This document shows, piece by piece, positions 1-13,100 of a stretch of DNA of 64,000 nucleotides. The translations under genes were made by a program, and so were the position numbers. Source of the stretch: Camelus dromedarius (lineage: Eukaryota); assembly GCF_036321535.1 (NCBI RefSeq), contig NC_087457.1:23498001-23562000 (forward strand), in the 5' to 3' direction. Numbering within the stretch: the stretch's first letter is position 1; the number at the start of each line of letters is the position of its first letter. The notes beneath the pieces were generated by a model. It saw only the letters and a list, made by a program, of their open reading frames with translations. It searched no databases and was not told the DNA's origin.

Positions 1-479
1 ATAGCGCTTCCCAGTAACTTGTGTCTGGTTTCTCTGGAAAAGAATGCAGAAAGTGAAATAGAAAATACCCAGTGTAGTCCTTGAACTGGGGGATGGTTTC
101 AGTAAGTATTAAACAGTGAATAATGCGTTTTATTTTTTACAGGGCATAGTTTATATCATATCCTTTTTTTCCTTTTAATGGTCCCTGACTTTCTTGGTCC
201 TTTAAAAAAATAGAAACAAAATAATGGTATTCTTTTCCATAGAACCAGAAGTCACCTCTCTACTCATAATTACTACCATAAACTACATATACATGCTCAA
301 CTATAACAATTGTTTTCCAGTCAGAAGCTGGAATAACATGCCACGTAGGGACTTTTTCCTCACAAATGGTAATAAATCCCCTAGGGAAAAAATGCTCATA
401 GGGAGCAAGGTTTATGATGACTAACTGGAATTCAGATGCTTTTTAGATAAGATAACGGAATTAATATGATGACCCTAAA

Positions 480-484
480 TGTGT

Positions 485-518
<34 letters not shown>
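480..518. repeat. (TG)n microsatellite
   Basis: Near-perfect TG run with one TA interruption, read directly. Confidence 0.95.
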
Positions 519-520
<2 letters not shown>

Positions 521-649
521 TTGAGAACACAATTTATGCAATCTGGAAAATGTCTGTCTTTCAAAATGATATTTTTTAAATTGTTTCCAAAAATCACCCT
601 AGTTTGATGTAAAGTTAACCAAAGCAGTGGTAATAGAGGCAGTAGTCTA

Positions 650-850
650 ATCAGGTGCTTATCTTGTGCCAGACACTTTTTTAAACTCTTTATTTGAATT
701 AACCCACTAAATCCTTATCACACTGTAAGGACAGATACTACTACTCCCATATTAGAGAGGCATGGAAACTAACTCAAGGTCACAGATCAGGGAGGTCATA
801 GAGCCAGAATTCCAACTGTCTATCTAACCTTGAAATTCAGACCCTCAACT
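650..850 (-). mobile_element. MIR SINE fragment
   Basis: 'cccatattagagaggcatggaaact...ctcaaggtcacag...agagccagaattccaac' resembles the antisense MIR core. Confidence 0.65.
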
Positions 851-1504
851 ATAACTCCAGGCTAAAGAATCCAAGTAGCCTCATTCTCTTTAATCACCCT
901 ATCTAGTAGTTCGTGTTGTTAATAGAAACCTAGGAGTACTCAGGATTTCAAATACTTTGAAGTGTGTGTGTGCATGTGTGTGTGGGCTCACACACGTGTG
1001 TTTGCGGAAGTAGTGGAGGGGAAGTTTTAAACTAATTTATTTTCTAGTGAATTCACTTGTAATCTACTTTTTGATAATTTAAACAATCTTCCTTGTTAAC
1101 TCTTGCTTCACCTTCATGATTTCATCTCACAATTACTTTATCTTTTTATAAGTCTACTCAAAATGGAAAAAGTTATGAGGAAAATAGCAAAATGGTAAAT
1201 AATACATTCTGTCTTTGTTAACAAAAATGCTTAACATGGGTTTGTCCATTTTCTAGTCTGATTTTCTAATTTGATTGTCTATGACCTTAAATTTTAGGGT
1301 TTGAGTGTTTTGTATTGTTTGATTTTAATTTGCATAATGTTACATATATATTCTTGGTAAATCATTTAAATCTAACAAAATTCTACTCAGTCAGTAATGA
1401 CCTTTTTTGTACTATTTTCCCAAATGTGTGCAATCTTCTTAAAGTGTTGATCATGGGGCAAGGGACATTACATTATTGCTGTTGTTGTTGTTATTTTACT
1501 GTTC

Positions 1505-1655
1505 AATCAATCCTCACTTAATCCTGACAGTGTACTTACAAGTAGTTATAATGAGTGATTATACCCATTTTACAGATAAAGAATCTGAAGTATAGAGATG
1601 TTAAGTAATAAGCAGAGTTGGGATTTGACCCCAAGAGGTTTGATTTAGACTTTGT
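1505..1655 (-). mobile_element. MIR SINE fragment
   Basis: 'cccattttacagataaagaatctgaagtatagagatgttaagtaa...gggatttgacccca' is the antisense MIR core. Confidence 0.8.
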
Positions 1656-1699
1656 ATTCTTTTTTGTTTGTTTGTTTGAGGGTGTTTGACATTTTTTTA

Positions 1700-1835
1700 A
1701 TCTATTTATTTTTATTATTTTAATTTATTTTTTATTGAAGTATAGTTGACTTACAATATTATATTAGTTTCAGGTGTACAATATAGTGATTTGATATTTT
1801 TATAGATTACACACCATGCAAATTATTATACAATA
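1700..1835 (-). mobile_element. LINE-1 3' end, laurasiatherian/cetartiodactyl type
   Basis: T-rich tail followed by 'ttattgaagtatagttgacttacaatattatattagttttcaggtgtacaatatagtgatt'. Confidence 0.85.
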
Positions 1836-2859
1836 TTCTTAGGTAATATGTTCCTTTGCATATTTACCATACAACATTTGGAAGCTTTGTTTTCCTTTTG
1901 AAAAATTCAGATACAGATATAAAAACTTAGATATTACTCTTTGGGAATGAACCACATTATGTTTTCAACTGAGGTGCTTTAGTTAAATCTCCAGGGAGTT
2001 AAACTAAAAAAAAAAAAATTGTGAAAAAAATGACTATTTGGAAAAAGGCATACCTTTAAAGGCTGCAGAGTTCATTTATATACGTATACACATTTTGAGA
2101 GTGAAACTTTTTTGAATGAATAATTTTTAAGCCTTTCTTAAATTTAAAGTTTCTCTTAAATTCAGCTTAATTTTTCTTTGTTTCTTTCTTTCCTGGCACA
2201 TTATTTATCTTGGATCTCAATTGACATGTCTTAAATTCTGCTTGGTACCTAGTCAGGTGTTCTGAGAGCAGTGGTGTCTTGGGATAGAAGTCTCATCAGC
2301 TGTAGGGCGTCTGCAGTAGTTTTTTTTAAGGTAATATATCATTTGAGCTATGCTATTCCTGGTGCAGTTGTTCAGGAATTATGTTTTATAATCCAGCCGT
2401 TTTCTGTTGACACTACTTAATATACTGGAGTGTTCTGGAAACTACATTTACTCTTTCAGGAGACTAGATACTGTGTAATGTTCTTAAACAGGAGATTCCT
2501 AAGGAGTCCTCTTAAACCCTGAAGAAATGACTTTTACCTCCAGATGTGCTCTGTTTCTGAGAAATAGGTTTATATCCCTAGAGAAGTGATTCATTGAATG
2601 TTAATTGATGATGATGATGATGATAATTGTACCAGAGGTATAAACCTGTCAACGTTTGTAGCTAGTGTAAATGCTCTTTTCATTCCTGACCCCACTAAAA
2701 TATGTCTTAAATGACTGAATCTGAATAAATGTAAATAGTATGTCTTTATTAATTTTAATATATTTTATTTTTCTTTGTTTCTCTTAGTTTTGAATGCTTA
2801 TTAGTATGTTTAACATTAGTAGACTAAGTATTAATATTGTAACTGCATTGTTACATTTT

Positions 2860-3215
2860 ACCTGGAAAAAATGTTATTTTTTCTAAGTAAAACCAGGAAT
2901 ACATTTATAAAAATTAGAAAATGCAGATAGAGAAAAAGAGAAAAATGGAAATTATCTCTAACACTACCATTCAGACATAAATACTATTAGAATATTAGTA
3001 TATATCTTTGCAGTATTTTTCTGTCAATGACTGTCTCTTATTTTTATATTTTACCAAACATGGGGTCACATTAGTTTTTGGTATAGCAGTTAAAGCTTTT
3101 AATAGATTAACAATATCATTCTGCATCAGTATACAGTATTATGCAACATTTTTAATTGATGCATATATGTTATTGTCATAATTTATTTAACTGTGGCTTT
3201 ATCACTGGGCATTTC
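2860..3215 (-). mobile_element. Old L1M (L1ME/L1MC-like) 3' UTR fragment
   Basis: Degenerate antisense L1M 3' motifs, e.g. 'tttataaaaattagaaaatgcagatagag' and 'cataatttatttaac...gggcattt'. Confidence 0.55.
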
Positions 3216-3224
3216 AATTAACTA

Positions 3225-3362
3225 TATTCAGTATCTTGTAATAACCTATAATGGAAAAGAATCTGAAAAAGAATATATATATATTCACACATATATATAG
3301 CTGAATCACTTTGCTGTACACCTGAAACATTGTAAATCAACTGTACTTCAATTTTTAAAAAG
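3225..3362 (+). mobile_element. LINE-1 3' end, cetartiodactyl type
   Basis: 'tattcagtatcttgtaataacctataatggaaaagaatctgaaaaagaatatata...gctgaatcactttgctgtacacctgaaac...tgtaaatcaactgtacttcaatt'. Confidence 0.9.
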
Positions 3363-3394
3363 TGTAACTAAGTTTTATTTATTTCTCTTTCTCT

Positions 3395-3950
3395 GCACCA
3401 CCACCACCTAAGTCTAAAGCCATGTGGGCTACCAGCATAGCCTCCTAACTGGCCTCCCATTTTCTACTCTTACTCAACCAAATTCATTCTTGCTCAGATT
3501 ATCTTTTCAAAAAGTAAAATATTCATACTATCTACTTCTTAAAACCTTTCAGCAGCTTCTCCTAGCTCTTGGAGTAAATTTAAAGTGTCTGAAAAAGCAA
3601 CTACATAAGACCTGGACCCTGCTTGCACTCTGATCTCATCTGGCAGCATTCTCCCCTTCTCTTACCATCTGCCCTAGTGGTAATAAACTCTGTTTCTCAC
3701 AATGGTAAGCTTGTTTTTCTTTTGGAGTCTTTTTGCTACACACTGTCATTACGTGGAGTTCATGTCTCCGGTCTCTTCTTGATCTCTGCTTAAACCTCAC
3801 CCAAACAGAGAAGTCATTTCAGATCACCAGTCTGTAAGAAACCACCCAGCAAATTTCAGTCATCACTCTATTTTAATTATCTGAATAAGTCTTTTCTACT
3901 GGCTGATATTTTTCATGTTTGTTTTATCTGTTTGTGCTAGTTCATCAATT
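3395..3950 (+). mobile_element. L2 LINE fragment
   Basis: 'cagcatagcctcctaactggcctccc' and 'acataagacctggaccctgcttgcactctgatctcatct' are L2 3'-region motifs. Confidence 0.75.
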
Positions 3951-4149
3951 ATTGTTACTGATTCTAAACCAAATTCTTAAAATATTTTTGCGTTTTTGAA
4001 ATTAGAATATCTCTTACCATAACTTGTTTGTAATAGTTTAATAGGTGCCTTATTTTTAAGCATAGTATAATAAATAATGGTAAATTTTAAAATAGATGCT
4101 TTTTGATTCAATGATTGTAATATTTATCTACTTATTTATTTACTATATG

Positions 4150-4270
4150 ACTACAATTCTATAATCCATTACCGTAGACTGTAAATTCTATAAAAGCAGG
4201 AATCTTGCCTGGCTAGTTGTATCAGCAGAACCTAAAGCAATGCCTTTACTGAAGATTTTTTTGTTAACTA
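4150..4270 (+). mobile_element. L2 3' terminus
   Basis: 'tagactgtaaattctataaaagcaggaatcttgcc...gtatcagcagaacctaaagcaatgcc' resembles the L2 3' end. Confidence 0.6.
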
Positions 4271-4963
4271 TGTGAAAGAAAGCAATGGCAAACCAACATT
4301 TAACAGAAAACCATTAAAGTAGGCAATTTCAGTTCAGTAATTAGGTAAGATGACCTATAAGCTCCCTTAAATATAGCACAATTCTGGAGGTCCTAGGAAA
4401 TGTGATTTTTTTAAAAAGTAAACTTCAACATTATAAAGGAAGAACAAAGAGACATTATTTGCAGAATGTGTGACTGCCTTTCTAGAAAAGAGAAAAAATA
4501 TTAGTACTATCCTTAATAAGAAGAGTAAATAGCTTGTTGAGTACGTGGAAAATATACTCAAATAAAAAATTTAGAAACTGATTAACATGATTTTCTTAAA
4601 AACATAATGGTTAACATAATTGGTTTAAAAACATAAATGGTTAACAGAACTATTGTATAACAGCAATGAAAATAGAAATCCTAAGAAAGTAACTGAATAA
4701 CAAATGAAATATGACTTCATTAAATGGAGCAAAAGAAAATTGAGCATGGCCAAGATATCATTTTTCCTTATTGAATAAGATGAATGTAGGTGTAGTAGAA
4801 ATCTTTTTTTTTTTTTTTTATAAATGCAACTTATTCATGTAGAAACAGAAAAAAACAGAATGGAATGTTCAGAGACAAGCCCAAGTATATAGGAAATTTT
4901 TAAAAAATAATACTTTTCTCCTATTTCTGCTTTCTATAGTTTTAATTGAACATTTAACTTGCT

Positions 4964-5109
4964 NNNNNNNNNNNNNNNNNNNNNNNNNNNNNNNNNNNNN
5001 NNNNNNNNNNNNNNNNNNNNNNNNNNNNNNNNNNNNNNNNNNNNNNNNNNNNNNNNNNNNNNNNNNNNNNNNNNNNNNNNNNNNNNNNNNNNNNNNNNNN
5101 NNNNNNNNN
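4964..5109. other. Assembly gap (146 N)
   Basis: Run of N read directly. Confidence 1.
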
Positions 5110-6795
5110 AGTGCCTGTTGCTTTTAGCAGCATCTTCATTTCTCATCTACCACCATCTCTTGTGACTTTGCGGTCATTTATTTCACTTCTGTGTTTGTTA
5201 AATTGCTAGCATTGTTTTAAGCAAATTATTATCTTTTAGAATGAACTAAGAAAATGAAAACTAAAAGATTATACTTTACCTTCATCTATTCCTTATTTGA
5301 TGCTTTTCTTTATTTAGATTCAAAATTCTGACCTATGCTATTTTTCTTCTGCCTGGAAAACTTCTTTTAACATTTCTTACTGGGCAAGACTGCTGGCAAT
5401 GAATTCCCTCAGTTTTTGTTTGTTTGAGAAAGTCTTTGTTTTTCCTTCACTTTGAAAAATAATAACACTGTATATAGAATTCTAGGTTGTGTCATTTTTC
5501 TTTCAACATTTTAAATATTTCATTCCACTCTCTTCTTGCTTGCTCGTTTTCTGGTGGGAAGTCTGCTGTAATTCTTTTCCTTGTTTCTCCAAGTTGAGTT
5601 TTGTTCTGCTTTGTTCTTTCCCCCTCTGACTTCTTTCAAGAATTTTTTTTCCTTGTTTTTAGTTTTTTGAAGTTTGAATGTAATATGCCTTGGTATATAT
5701 ATTTGGGAATTTATTATGCTTGGTGTTCACTGGACTACCTGTATATGTGGTTCTGTATCTATCATAAATTTTGGAATATTCTTGGCTAATTTTTTTTTTT
5801 GCTCCATTGTCTATTTCTTTTCCTTTTGACATTCCAATTACACATATGTTTCACTTTTTGATAGTGTACCACAGTTGTTGGATATTCTGTTTTGGCTTTA
5901 TCAGCTTTTACTTTCTTGAGTTTCAGTTTGAGAAATTTCTATCTTGAAGTTCACAGACATTTTTCTTGGGCATGTTGAATCTACTAATAAGCCTATCTAA
6001 GGCATTCTTCATTTCTTTTACTGTATGATTTCTAGAATTTTATTCTTTCTTAGAATTTCCATCTTTTAGCTAGCATTACCCATATATTTTTGCATGTTGT
6101 CTACTTTTTACTTTAGAACTCTTAACATATTAATTTCAGTTATGCTAAATTCTTTGTTTAATCATTCCAAAATCTGTATCATATTCAAGTTTGGTTCTGA
6201 TTATTGCTTCGTCTCATCAGACTCTGTTTTTTCTTGGCATGCCTTGTAAATTTTGTCATTGTTGTTGAAAGCCAGGCATGTTTTGTCTGGAAGTAAGATA
6301 AATGGGCTTTTAGTGGAAGATTTTCTGTGAATCTGGCTAGGAGATGGGTTGTGTTTGTAATTGCTGTAGCTATGGGTACAAGTGGCTTCACACGTCTCTA
6401 GTATCCTTGGTTTTGTCTCTCCTCTTGATTTTGGGTTTCAGTGTGTACTCCTCCTGGGGGGGAAGGTGGTTAAGATGTGACCCAAGGAGTTTCTTCCTTC
6501 CTCTCGTGCTAGTTCATACTCATCCTGCAACAATTCATCAAAATTACCATTTAGGTGTTCCTTCCGGTTTATGGCTCAGGCAGTTTCTGCTCTAGGCAGG
6601 CACATCATGATTGCTGTATCTCTGAATGTGCCTATCTCTCTGGCTTTTCAGGTAGTGTTTTAGCCTGCAAAAGTCAGACCCTTTGATGGGTCCATGAAAG
6701 TCACTGATTTGCAATTTGTGCACCTTTTTCTAGTTGTAAAGATGAGAATGTCAACATATTTGTTCCTTACACACTAGAGCTGAAACTGTACACAT
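5110..6795 (-). mobile_element. Ancient L1M 5' UTR/ORF1 region
   Basis: Antisense L1M ORF1 motifs ('ctgctggcaatgaattccctcagtttttgtttgtttgagaaagtct', 'tatatagaattctaggttg') running to a 5'-end-like 'ctagagctgaaactg'. Confidence 0.8.
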
Positions 6796-6859
6796 TAATT
6801 TTTGAATTTTAAGTTAGTGAGAGAAAAGACAGTTTATTAAATTTGTGTTGATGTTTATC

Positions 6860-7810
6860 TGATACAAAACTTTATATCCATTCCTCAGATACAAGACCTA
6901 AACAGATTACAAAGGAACTAAAGGCTTCAATACACCAAATGAGGTCATTAAATACTACACATAAACTGAACATGATGAAAACATTTTACAATTATATTAT
7001 AATTGGGCAAGGTTTTCTAAGTATGTCACCAAATCCTGACATAGACTGAAACCATACATGATTAGAGGCACAGATTTGAGGACATTGACATAAAAACTTT
7101 CCCTCTCCACATCAAGCTAAAAACAAGAAAACAAGAAAAAAATTATACCTTACTGTTAAAGTGCATATTTTGAAGAAAATAAGTATTTAAACTAATATAT
7201 CAGTGGAAATCTTACTATCTTTATTTGATAAAGGAAAACACTGGGCAAATAAATTATAAAGAGATAACCACTCATCTGTGCAAAAACAAAAGGAAGAGTA
7301 AAAATGACTAAAAAATTGTTTAAAAAGAAATGAAAATGTTACCATTTTCCATCCATCGGATTGGCAATGGTGAAAATGAACACTAACATTACTCAGGCTC
7401 GGGTGGCTGTGCCTCTAAATTGGTAAGAATTTATATGTCACAACTTGTCAGTGTAAATTGACTTGTGGAAAATTTCACATCTTTTGAATTACCAACTTTC
7501 CTCCTACATTTTTTTCTAAACAGACAATCTGAAAATGCTCTACGATATTAATCACCACACAGTTTTTAACAGCTAACCACTGGGAGCAAACTTAGTATTT
7601 CATAAAGGAGGAATGACTTGATAATTGTTGTGCATATATAGTGAATAGACTAGTAAGCAGTCATTAAAAATGATGGTGTAGGGCTTTAATTCTTGACCTG
7701 GAAGAATGTTCATGATGTTTTTTTAAGTGTAAACAGTGCATCCAGGAGATAGTAAACCAAAATGGAAACTGTGGTTATCTCTAATTGATAAAATTACATA
7801 CCATGTTAAC
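6860..7810 (+). mobile_element. L1ME-like ORF2 end and 3' UTR
   Basis: 'ttgggcaaggttttctaagtatgtcaccaaatcc', 'ccattttccatccatcggattggcaa' and 'ggaaactgtggttatctct'. Confidence 0.7.
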
Positions 7811-8399
7811 TTATTACTTCTACTTTTAATAATAAGTACTGAGTGCTTTTTGTGTAGAGATTCCTGTAATTGTATCCCTAACCAAGAGATCTGTCCAGTT
7901 CAAAGGTCTTGAAGAAGGGAGGAGAGATTCTTACAGGTGGTTATAGACCTGTTGCCAGAGCTGATTAGAAGAGGGCTGGACAAATGATCTTAGTGGAGTC
8001 AAGTAGAGTTTTTTTCTTTTGATGATTTTTATTTTAGAAATTCTGAAATTAGAATCAAGGAGAGCCACAAGATCATTTAGATTTAAGGACTGAAGCTATT
8101 ATATTGGACAACTTATAATGAACCACATGTAATCAAATAGGTGAGCCAGGGAGGTATTAGTGATTAAAATCATGATGTAGTAGCTTAGTGAGTGTGAAAG
8201 ATAACACCACCCCAGAAGGAGAACAGTGTCAGGAGAAAGAACAAGAGATGTTTTATGCTTGACTCAGGAGGCACAGCTGTATTTCTGCAATTAGAGTCTA
8301 ATGGTCTTTCTGTTCATAAATTCTTTTTTCTGTCTGCATGTTTTTTGCTTGGATTTCTGAAATCTGCAAATAAATAATTATACAACACCTATAAAATAA

Positions 8400-8720
8400 G
8401 AAAAAAATACTTAAAAAATGTACAGTCTCTTTGACCTATCAATTCTATGTACAGGACTTTATCCTAGGGAAAGAATTATATATACATGATAAAAAAATTA
8501 TCTAACAATATAATCAGAGTGCTGTTTGTAAAAACAAGATCTAAAAATAGCCTATCTATCCTTTGTGGACTTTATGAAATATGATAATATGGTTCCATTT
8601 TGGTAAAAAATTATAGAGCATTGTATGGTCATGGGAACAAGAGACACTCACAAACTATTGAGATGTTACAGTTGTGTCATTAAGGATGATTTTCATAGTT
8701 TTATTTTGGTTTTTTCTCTC
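8400..8720 (+). mobile_element. L1ME-like 3' fragment
   Basis: 'tctttgacctatcaattctatgtacaggactttatcctagggaaagaatt' and 'acactcacaaactattgaga'. Confidence 0.55.
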
Positions 8721-8876
8721 TTTTTTACAATTTTACTCAACAAACATGTTCTATGTTACTTTTTGTAACAAGGACAGGAACATATGTTGTTTTTAAAAAG
8801 GTAAAAATGGCTTGCTCTGACTCAAAGGAGCTGTCAGACTTCATCTCTGGATCCTCTCCTATTGGCTGAGTATTCT

Positions 8877-9063
8877 CAGGCATTGTCAGACTTTCTATAT
8901 AAACAGATAGTAAATATTTTAGGCTTTGTGGGTCAGGGGGTCACTGTCACAACTACTTGAAAGCATCAAAAGACAATGGATAAATGAAGAAGTGTGTCTG
9001 TGTTCCAATAAAACTTAATTTTAAAAAACAATTGATGGGCATCAGTCAGTTTACAGACCCCAG
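8877..9063 (+). mobile_element. MER58A-like hAT-Charlie MITE
   Basis: 'cagatagtaaatattttaggctttgtggg...ctgtcacaactact...ctgtgttccaataaaactt...gacccc'. Confidence 0.9.
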
Positions 9064-9229
9064 CTCAAAAGAATAAAATCCAGTTTTGACTGTATTTACT
9101 TTTTCATATCATATTCTACTCTCCAGTCCCCAGTTTCTCCACTTTAGACTTGTAGATCCCCAGTTCATTTACATTGATTTACACTCCCATGCAGTGGAAA
9201 ATAACAATAGTATTCTTTTCTCTTCCAGA

Positions 9230-9500
9230 AAGAACTTTTCCTTCCTGACACCTTGACAAATACTTATTCATCCTTCAATACTAAGATTTGATGGCAATTC
9301 CTCTGAGAAAAATTTCTCTGATCACTTACACTCTTCTTGACCTTTGTACCTTCTACCAACGTCTATTTATTGTACTCATCACACTGCATTACAGTTACTT
9401 CCTCTTATGTTGTCTGTCTCTCTTTCTAGACTATCAGCTTCTTAAACATGATAGGAAGCCCTTAACAGATCTTTGGAGACTTTAATAGAATTGCATATGA
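9230..9500 (+). mobile_element. L2 3' fragment
   Basis: 'tacttattcatccttcaatact...ctagactatcagcttctt'. Confidence 0.65.
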
Positions 9501-11399
9501 GAGTGGGCCTTTGGAAAATATTCTTAGGGGGCATTGGTGGCTGAGTGATGCAGACTGAATAATTCAGCAGAAGTAGAAGGGCTTGTTAAACAAACAGCTT
9601 TCATGAGAGCCTACATGATTGGATATACAGAGGAAAGAGAGCTTTTAGTGCAGGGTCATGGAGACCACACGTTGTTATTTGGGGAAGACGGTCATAGAAG
9701 GGAGGCCCTGCACTCTCCAGGCATTCCAGCAACGGTTAAGAAAGCTCACTTATTTTTATGTTACAGTGGTTTTTGTTTTCTTTTTTTTTTTTTTTTTTTT
9801 GATTTACATGGGGAGGAGATTGTGAGGAAATTAGAAATATGAAGAAAGGAAGGATAAGCTTTTTTCCCTCTATTCTTGCTTTTAATTTCTATCTTATGTC
9901 TTGTGATAAGGCATACTTGAGGTTATTTTGTAATAGGTTAATAAAAAAGCAAAGCAGTCTGTGCCGAAAAGATGTCAGTGACTCTGACTCATCATAGAGC
10001 ACCCTGCCCACTGTTACTGTCAGCAAAGATTGCCTCGGATTGCCAGCATGGAGTCTTTAATGTCTTAAAATTAAAGAAATTAAAGAGAATTTCCACAGAT
10101 CCATTCATTTAAGAAATACGGTCATCATAGCATATATGAAATGGTTCTTTCATAAGCAAGGAAAGGTGAACACACATTGCTAGGAAAATGTCTACTCATT
10201 TAGTGTTTCACACGCTTGCTGGGTATGGGATTCTTTTGTTTCCTCTCCTTCCAGGTTCTTGTGTTACAGCCCATTTTCAGATAATATCAGCTTCAAGGGA
10301 CCCTGTTGATACGCTGATAATGAAGGCAGAAACCCAAAATGAAAGCCTCCTTTAACTACCTGTGTAACCATTTTCAATCTCCACCACTGTTTAACTCCAT
10401 TTGGAGCATCTAAATTGAGCAATGATAAGGTTTGTGAAATAGACACTGGAGTGGAAGACTGTATAAGAAAGAACCACAGAAATGGTAGCACACATTAGAT
10501 GGAACCATCAGTTTCTTTAGCACCAGGGGAAAGACTGACACATTTGATTTCATCAGGATCCGTAGAGAAAATACTACCACGGATTGATCTCTCTCTTTCC
10601 CTCTCTTCCACACGAGCATACTCAGCATTTCTGAACAACTTCTCAAAGCTGTAGCATACACTAGGAAAATGGCATGTGCCTACTTAATAGATAAAACATA
10701 GACCTGATGTTTATTAGGTTTTTAGTTTTCTAAGCCTAGCATGGCACCTGGAACATGGTAGGAGGATAATATATTTTTAAGTGAATTAATCTGTTTTACA
10801 TGTCTGTTATTTTCAGCATCGGATTCTGCTTTTGATCCACATGAATGAGCTTGAGACCTAGATTGCTGTAGATTGCTGACTTCGTGATGTTCAATTTTAT
10901 CTGGCCATTAAGTAGCATTTAGGCTTCTTTGAAGAATGGCAGCCAGCACTGATTCTATCTTTTATGCTAATCATGATGCATTTCCTTTCAAAGACAGAGA
11001 TTTTACAAGAGCATTTCAATCAGGTGTTATGCTGATTTAAGTGGGTTGAATTATGGAAAAGACTCACCTTTGGTGACTTAATCAAGACAAGAGGTGCAAA
11101 GAAATCTGACTTGTTATGGGATGCAGACTAGGACCCAGCAGTCAGGTAGAGAAGAGGAATGTAGGAAGTAGGGAAGCTGGAATGTAGGGGACATATCTCT
11201 TAGCATGATTTGAGATAGAAATTAAATATCTTATATTTGATTATGCAGTAAGAGTTTTGGATTAGAGGAAATACAGTTATTTTTAATAGTACTGAGTACT
11301 GGGTAGTAGTCCATAATAGTTACCTGTTTTGTTTTTTTGAAAAATTCCCCAATCCTTCATCTCCTAAACTGACGCACTGTTTACTCTTATGCTAATTTG

Positions 11400-12175
11400 C
11401 TTTAATATTTTAAAATTTACTGACATTAACTTTATTTTACTTCACATTTTCTATGTGCTCATATTAAAATATCATGTAATTTTGTTTGAAAACAAAAAAA
11501 TAAAACAAAGACATATAATGAAGCATAAAGAATTTTCTGCCCCTTCCACTCCATTTCTGAGCATTTGAATTTGATATATTTCTTTTTGCTTTACTCCTTG
11601 TTCACCTGTATAGAATCTGTATGCACATAGAAGGCCATCTTTTAATCATTTTGGTGCCATAATTATTCCATGGATGTTCCCCCCTCCAGGGATTTTCTTT
11701 TTAAATATTTATATGAGTTTAAAAGTTAAGCATTTTTAAAAATCCATAAAATTAAAAAGAAATAATACAATGAATACCCATCATGTTATCTTAACATACG
11801 TTAACATTTTGCATGTTTTCTTTTATTTTACAAAGGTCAGTTTCCTTGTTCATCCCATTCTATTGCTCTTCCTCATCAGAGGCAGCCATTTTCATGAATT
11901 TTTGAGTATAGTCTCCCACTATAGTTTTTACATTTTTATGTTCAGAAATAGAATTTACATAAAGGGTAACATACAGTATATATCATTCTTTGCTTTGTTT
12001 TTCATTTTAACTCCACTGCGTTAGAGATAGAACTACCACAGAATTCTCTTTTGAATGTTCCATAGTGTATCATCCATTCTCATATTAATGGACTGTAAGA
12101 TTGTTATCAGGTTGTTTTCACTGCTTCTGCGAACATCACTGTGTCTGTTGCCTGGTACCTGTTCAAAAGCTTCTA
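11400..12175 (-). mobile_element. L1M 3' UTR fragments; continue after the MER5A to about 12400
   Basis: 'aatacaatgaatacccatcatg', 'ccattctcatattaatggac' and, after the MER5A, 'gtaccagaaagtgaaattactaggtc'. Confidence 0.7.
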
Positions 12176-12344
12176 CAGGGCCTCCTTAAACAAGGTGTAT
12201 TCACCGTCCAGCAGCATCAGCATCACATAGAAGCTTGTTAGAAATTCAGCATCTCAGATCACATCCAACACTGCCTGAATCAGAATCTGCATTTTAATAA
12301 GGCCCCCAGTGATTTGTGTGCATGTTAGAATTCAAAAAGCACTG
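12176..12344. mobile_element. MER5A hAT-Charlie MITE nested in L1M
   Basis: 'ccagcagcatcagcatcacatagaagcttgttagaaattcag...ctgaatcagaatctgcattttaataagg...aagcactg'. Confidence 0.92.
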
Positions 12345-12879
12345 CCTTAGAAGAGGTACCAGAAAGTGAAATTACTAGGTCTCTGGAAATAAATGTGGCT
12401 TTGGCACATATGACCCATACAGGGTATTTTTCTATCTGTGGGGTGCTAGTCCCAATGGGAGAATTTGGAGGCAAATAGGAAGTTAGTTCAAGGGTATAAA
12501 ATCACAAAGCAGAGGGATGAAGGGATGCGCTTACACTTGATTTCAGCTAGCCAAGGGAATTATTCTCAGTAATACTGCAGTGGTTGTAGGGCAGATGGAG
12601 TGTACTCACAGCTTCAGGATTAAGTTTGGGCCAAATGGACAATCTTGAGGAAGTCCTAAGATCAGGTGACTATGCAGATTCCGATTTCTCTGGGAAGAGT
12701 CAGCCATAGTCTGTATCAATTCATAGGCTCTAAGGGAAGGGGTCTGGGCTTTCAGAGGGAGATTTTTGTGTGATAAAGCTAACAAATAGGGGCTGCTGCA
12801 AATGTTCAATGCAATTAGGTCTCAAATTTACCATCCTAGCATTCTATAAACCCACATTCTATAAATCCACAATAGCAAC

Positions 12880-13100
12880 TAACCACAAATATCTCTCTCA
12901 GTGAGTGGGGAATGCTTGTATGACATGATAAGATATAAAATCTAGAATATGCACTGTGGCCACAAAACAGTGGAAGGACTCTTCATAACGCTCATAATTC
13001 AATAATACTGAAAGAATATACACTAAAATATTGGTAATATTATGGTTTCAGGAATATGAGTGATTTTTATCCTCCTCCTCCTTTTCTATTTTTCTGAAGT
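12880..13100 (+). mobile_element. L1ME-like 3' fragment
   Basis: 'ggggaatgcttgtatgacatgataag' and 'aatatacactaaaatattggtaat'. Confidence 0.5.

Noticed and set aside
4934-5165. ORFs full of X residues
   Set aside because: Artefacts of the N gap.
9979-9991. AP-1-like TGACTCA site with an adjacent near-match
   Set aside because: A 7-mer is expected several times by chance in 64 kb.
10255-10497. Plus frame with two in-frame TGA codons including a Cys-TGA pair (selenoprotein idea)
   Set aside because: No resemblance to known selenoproteins, no SECIS recognised, and the frame also contains TAG.
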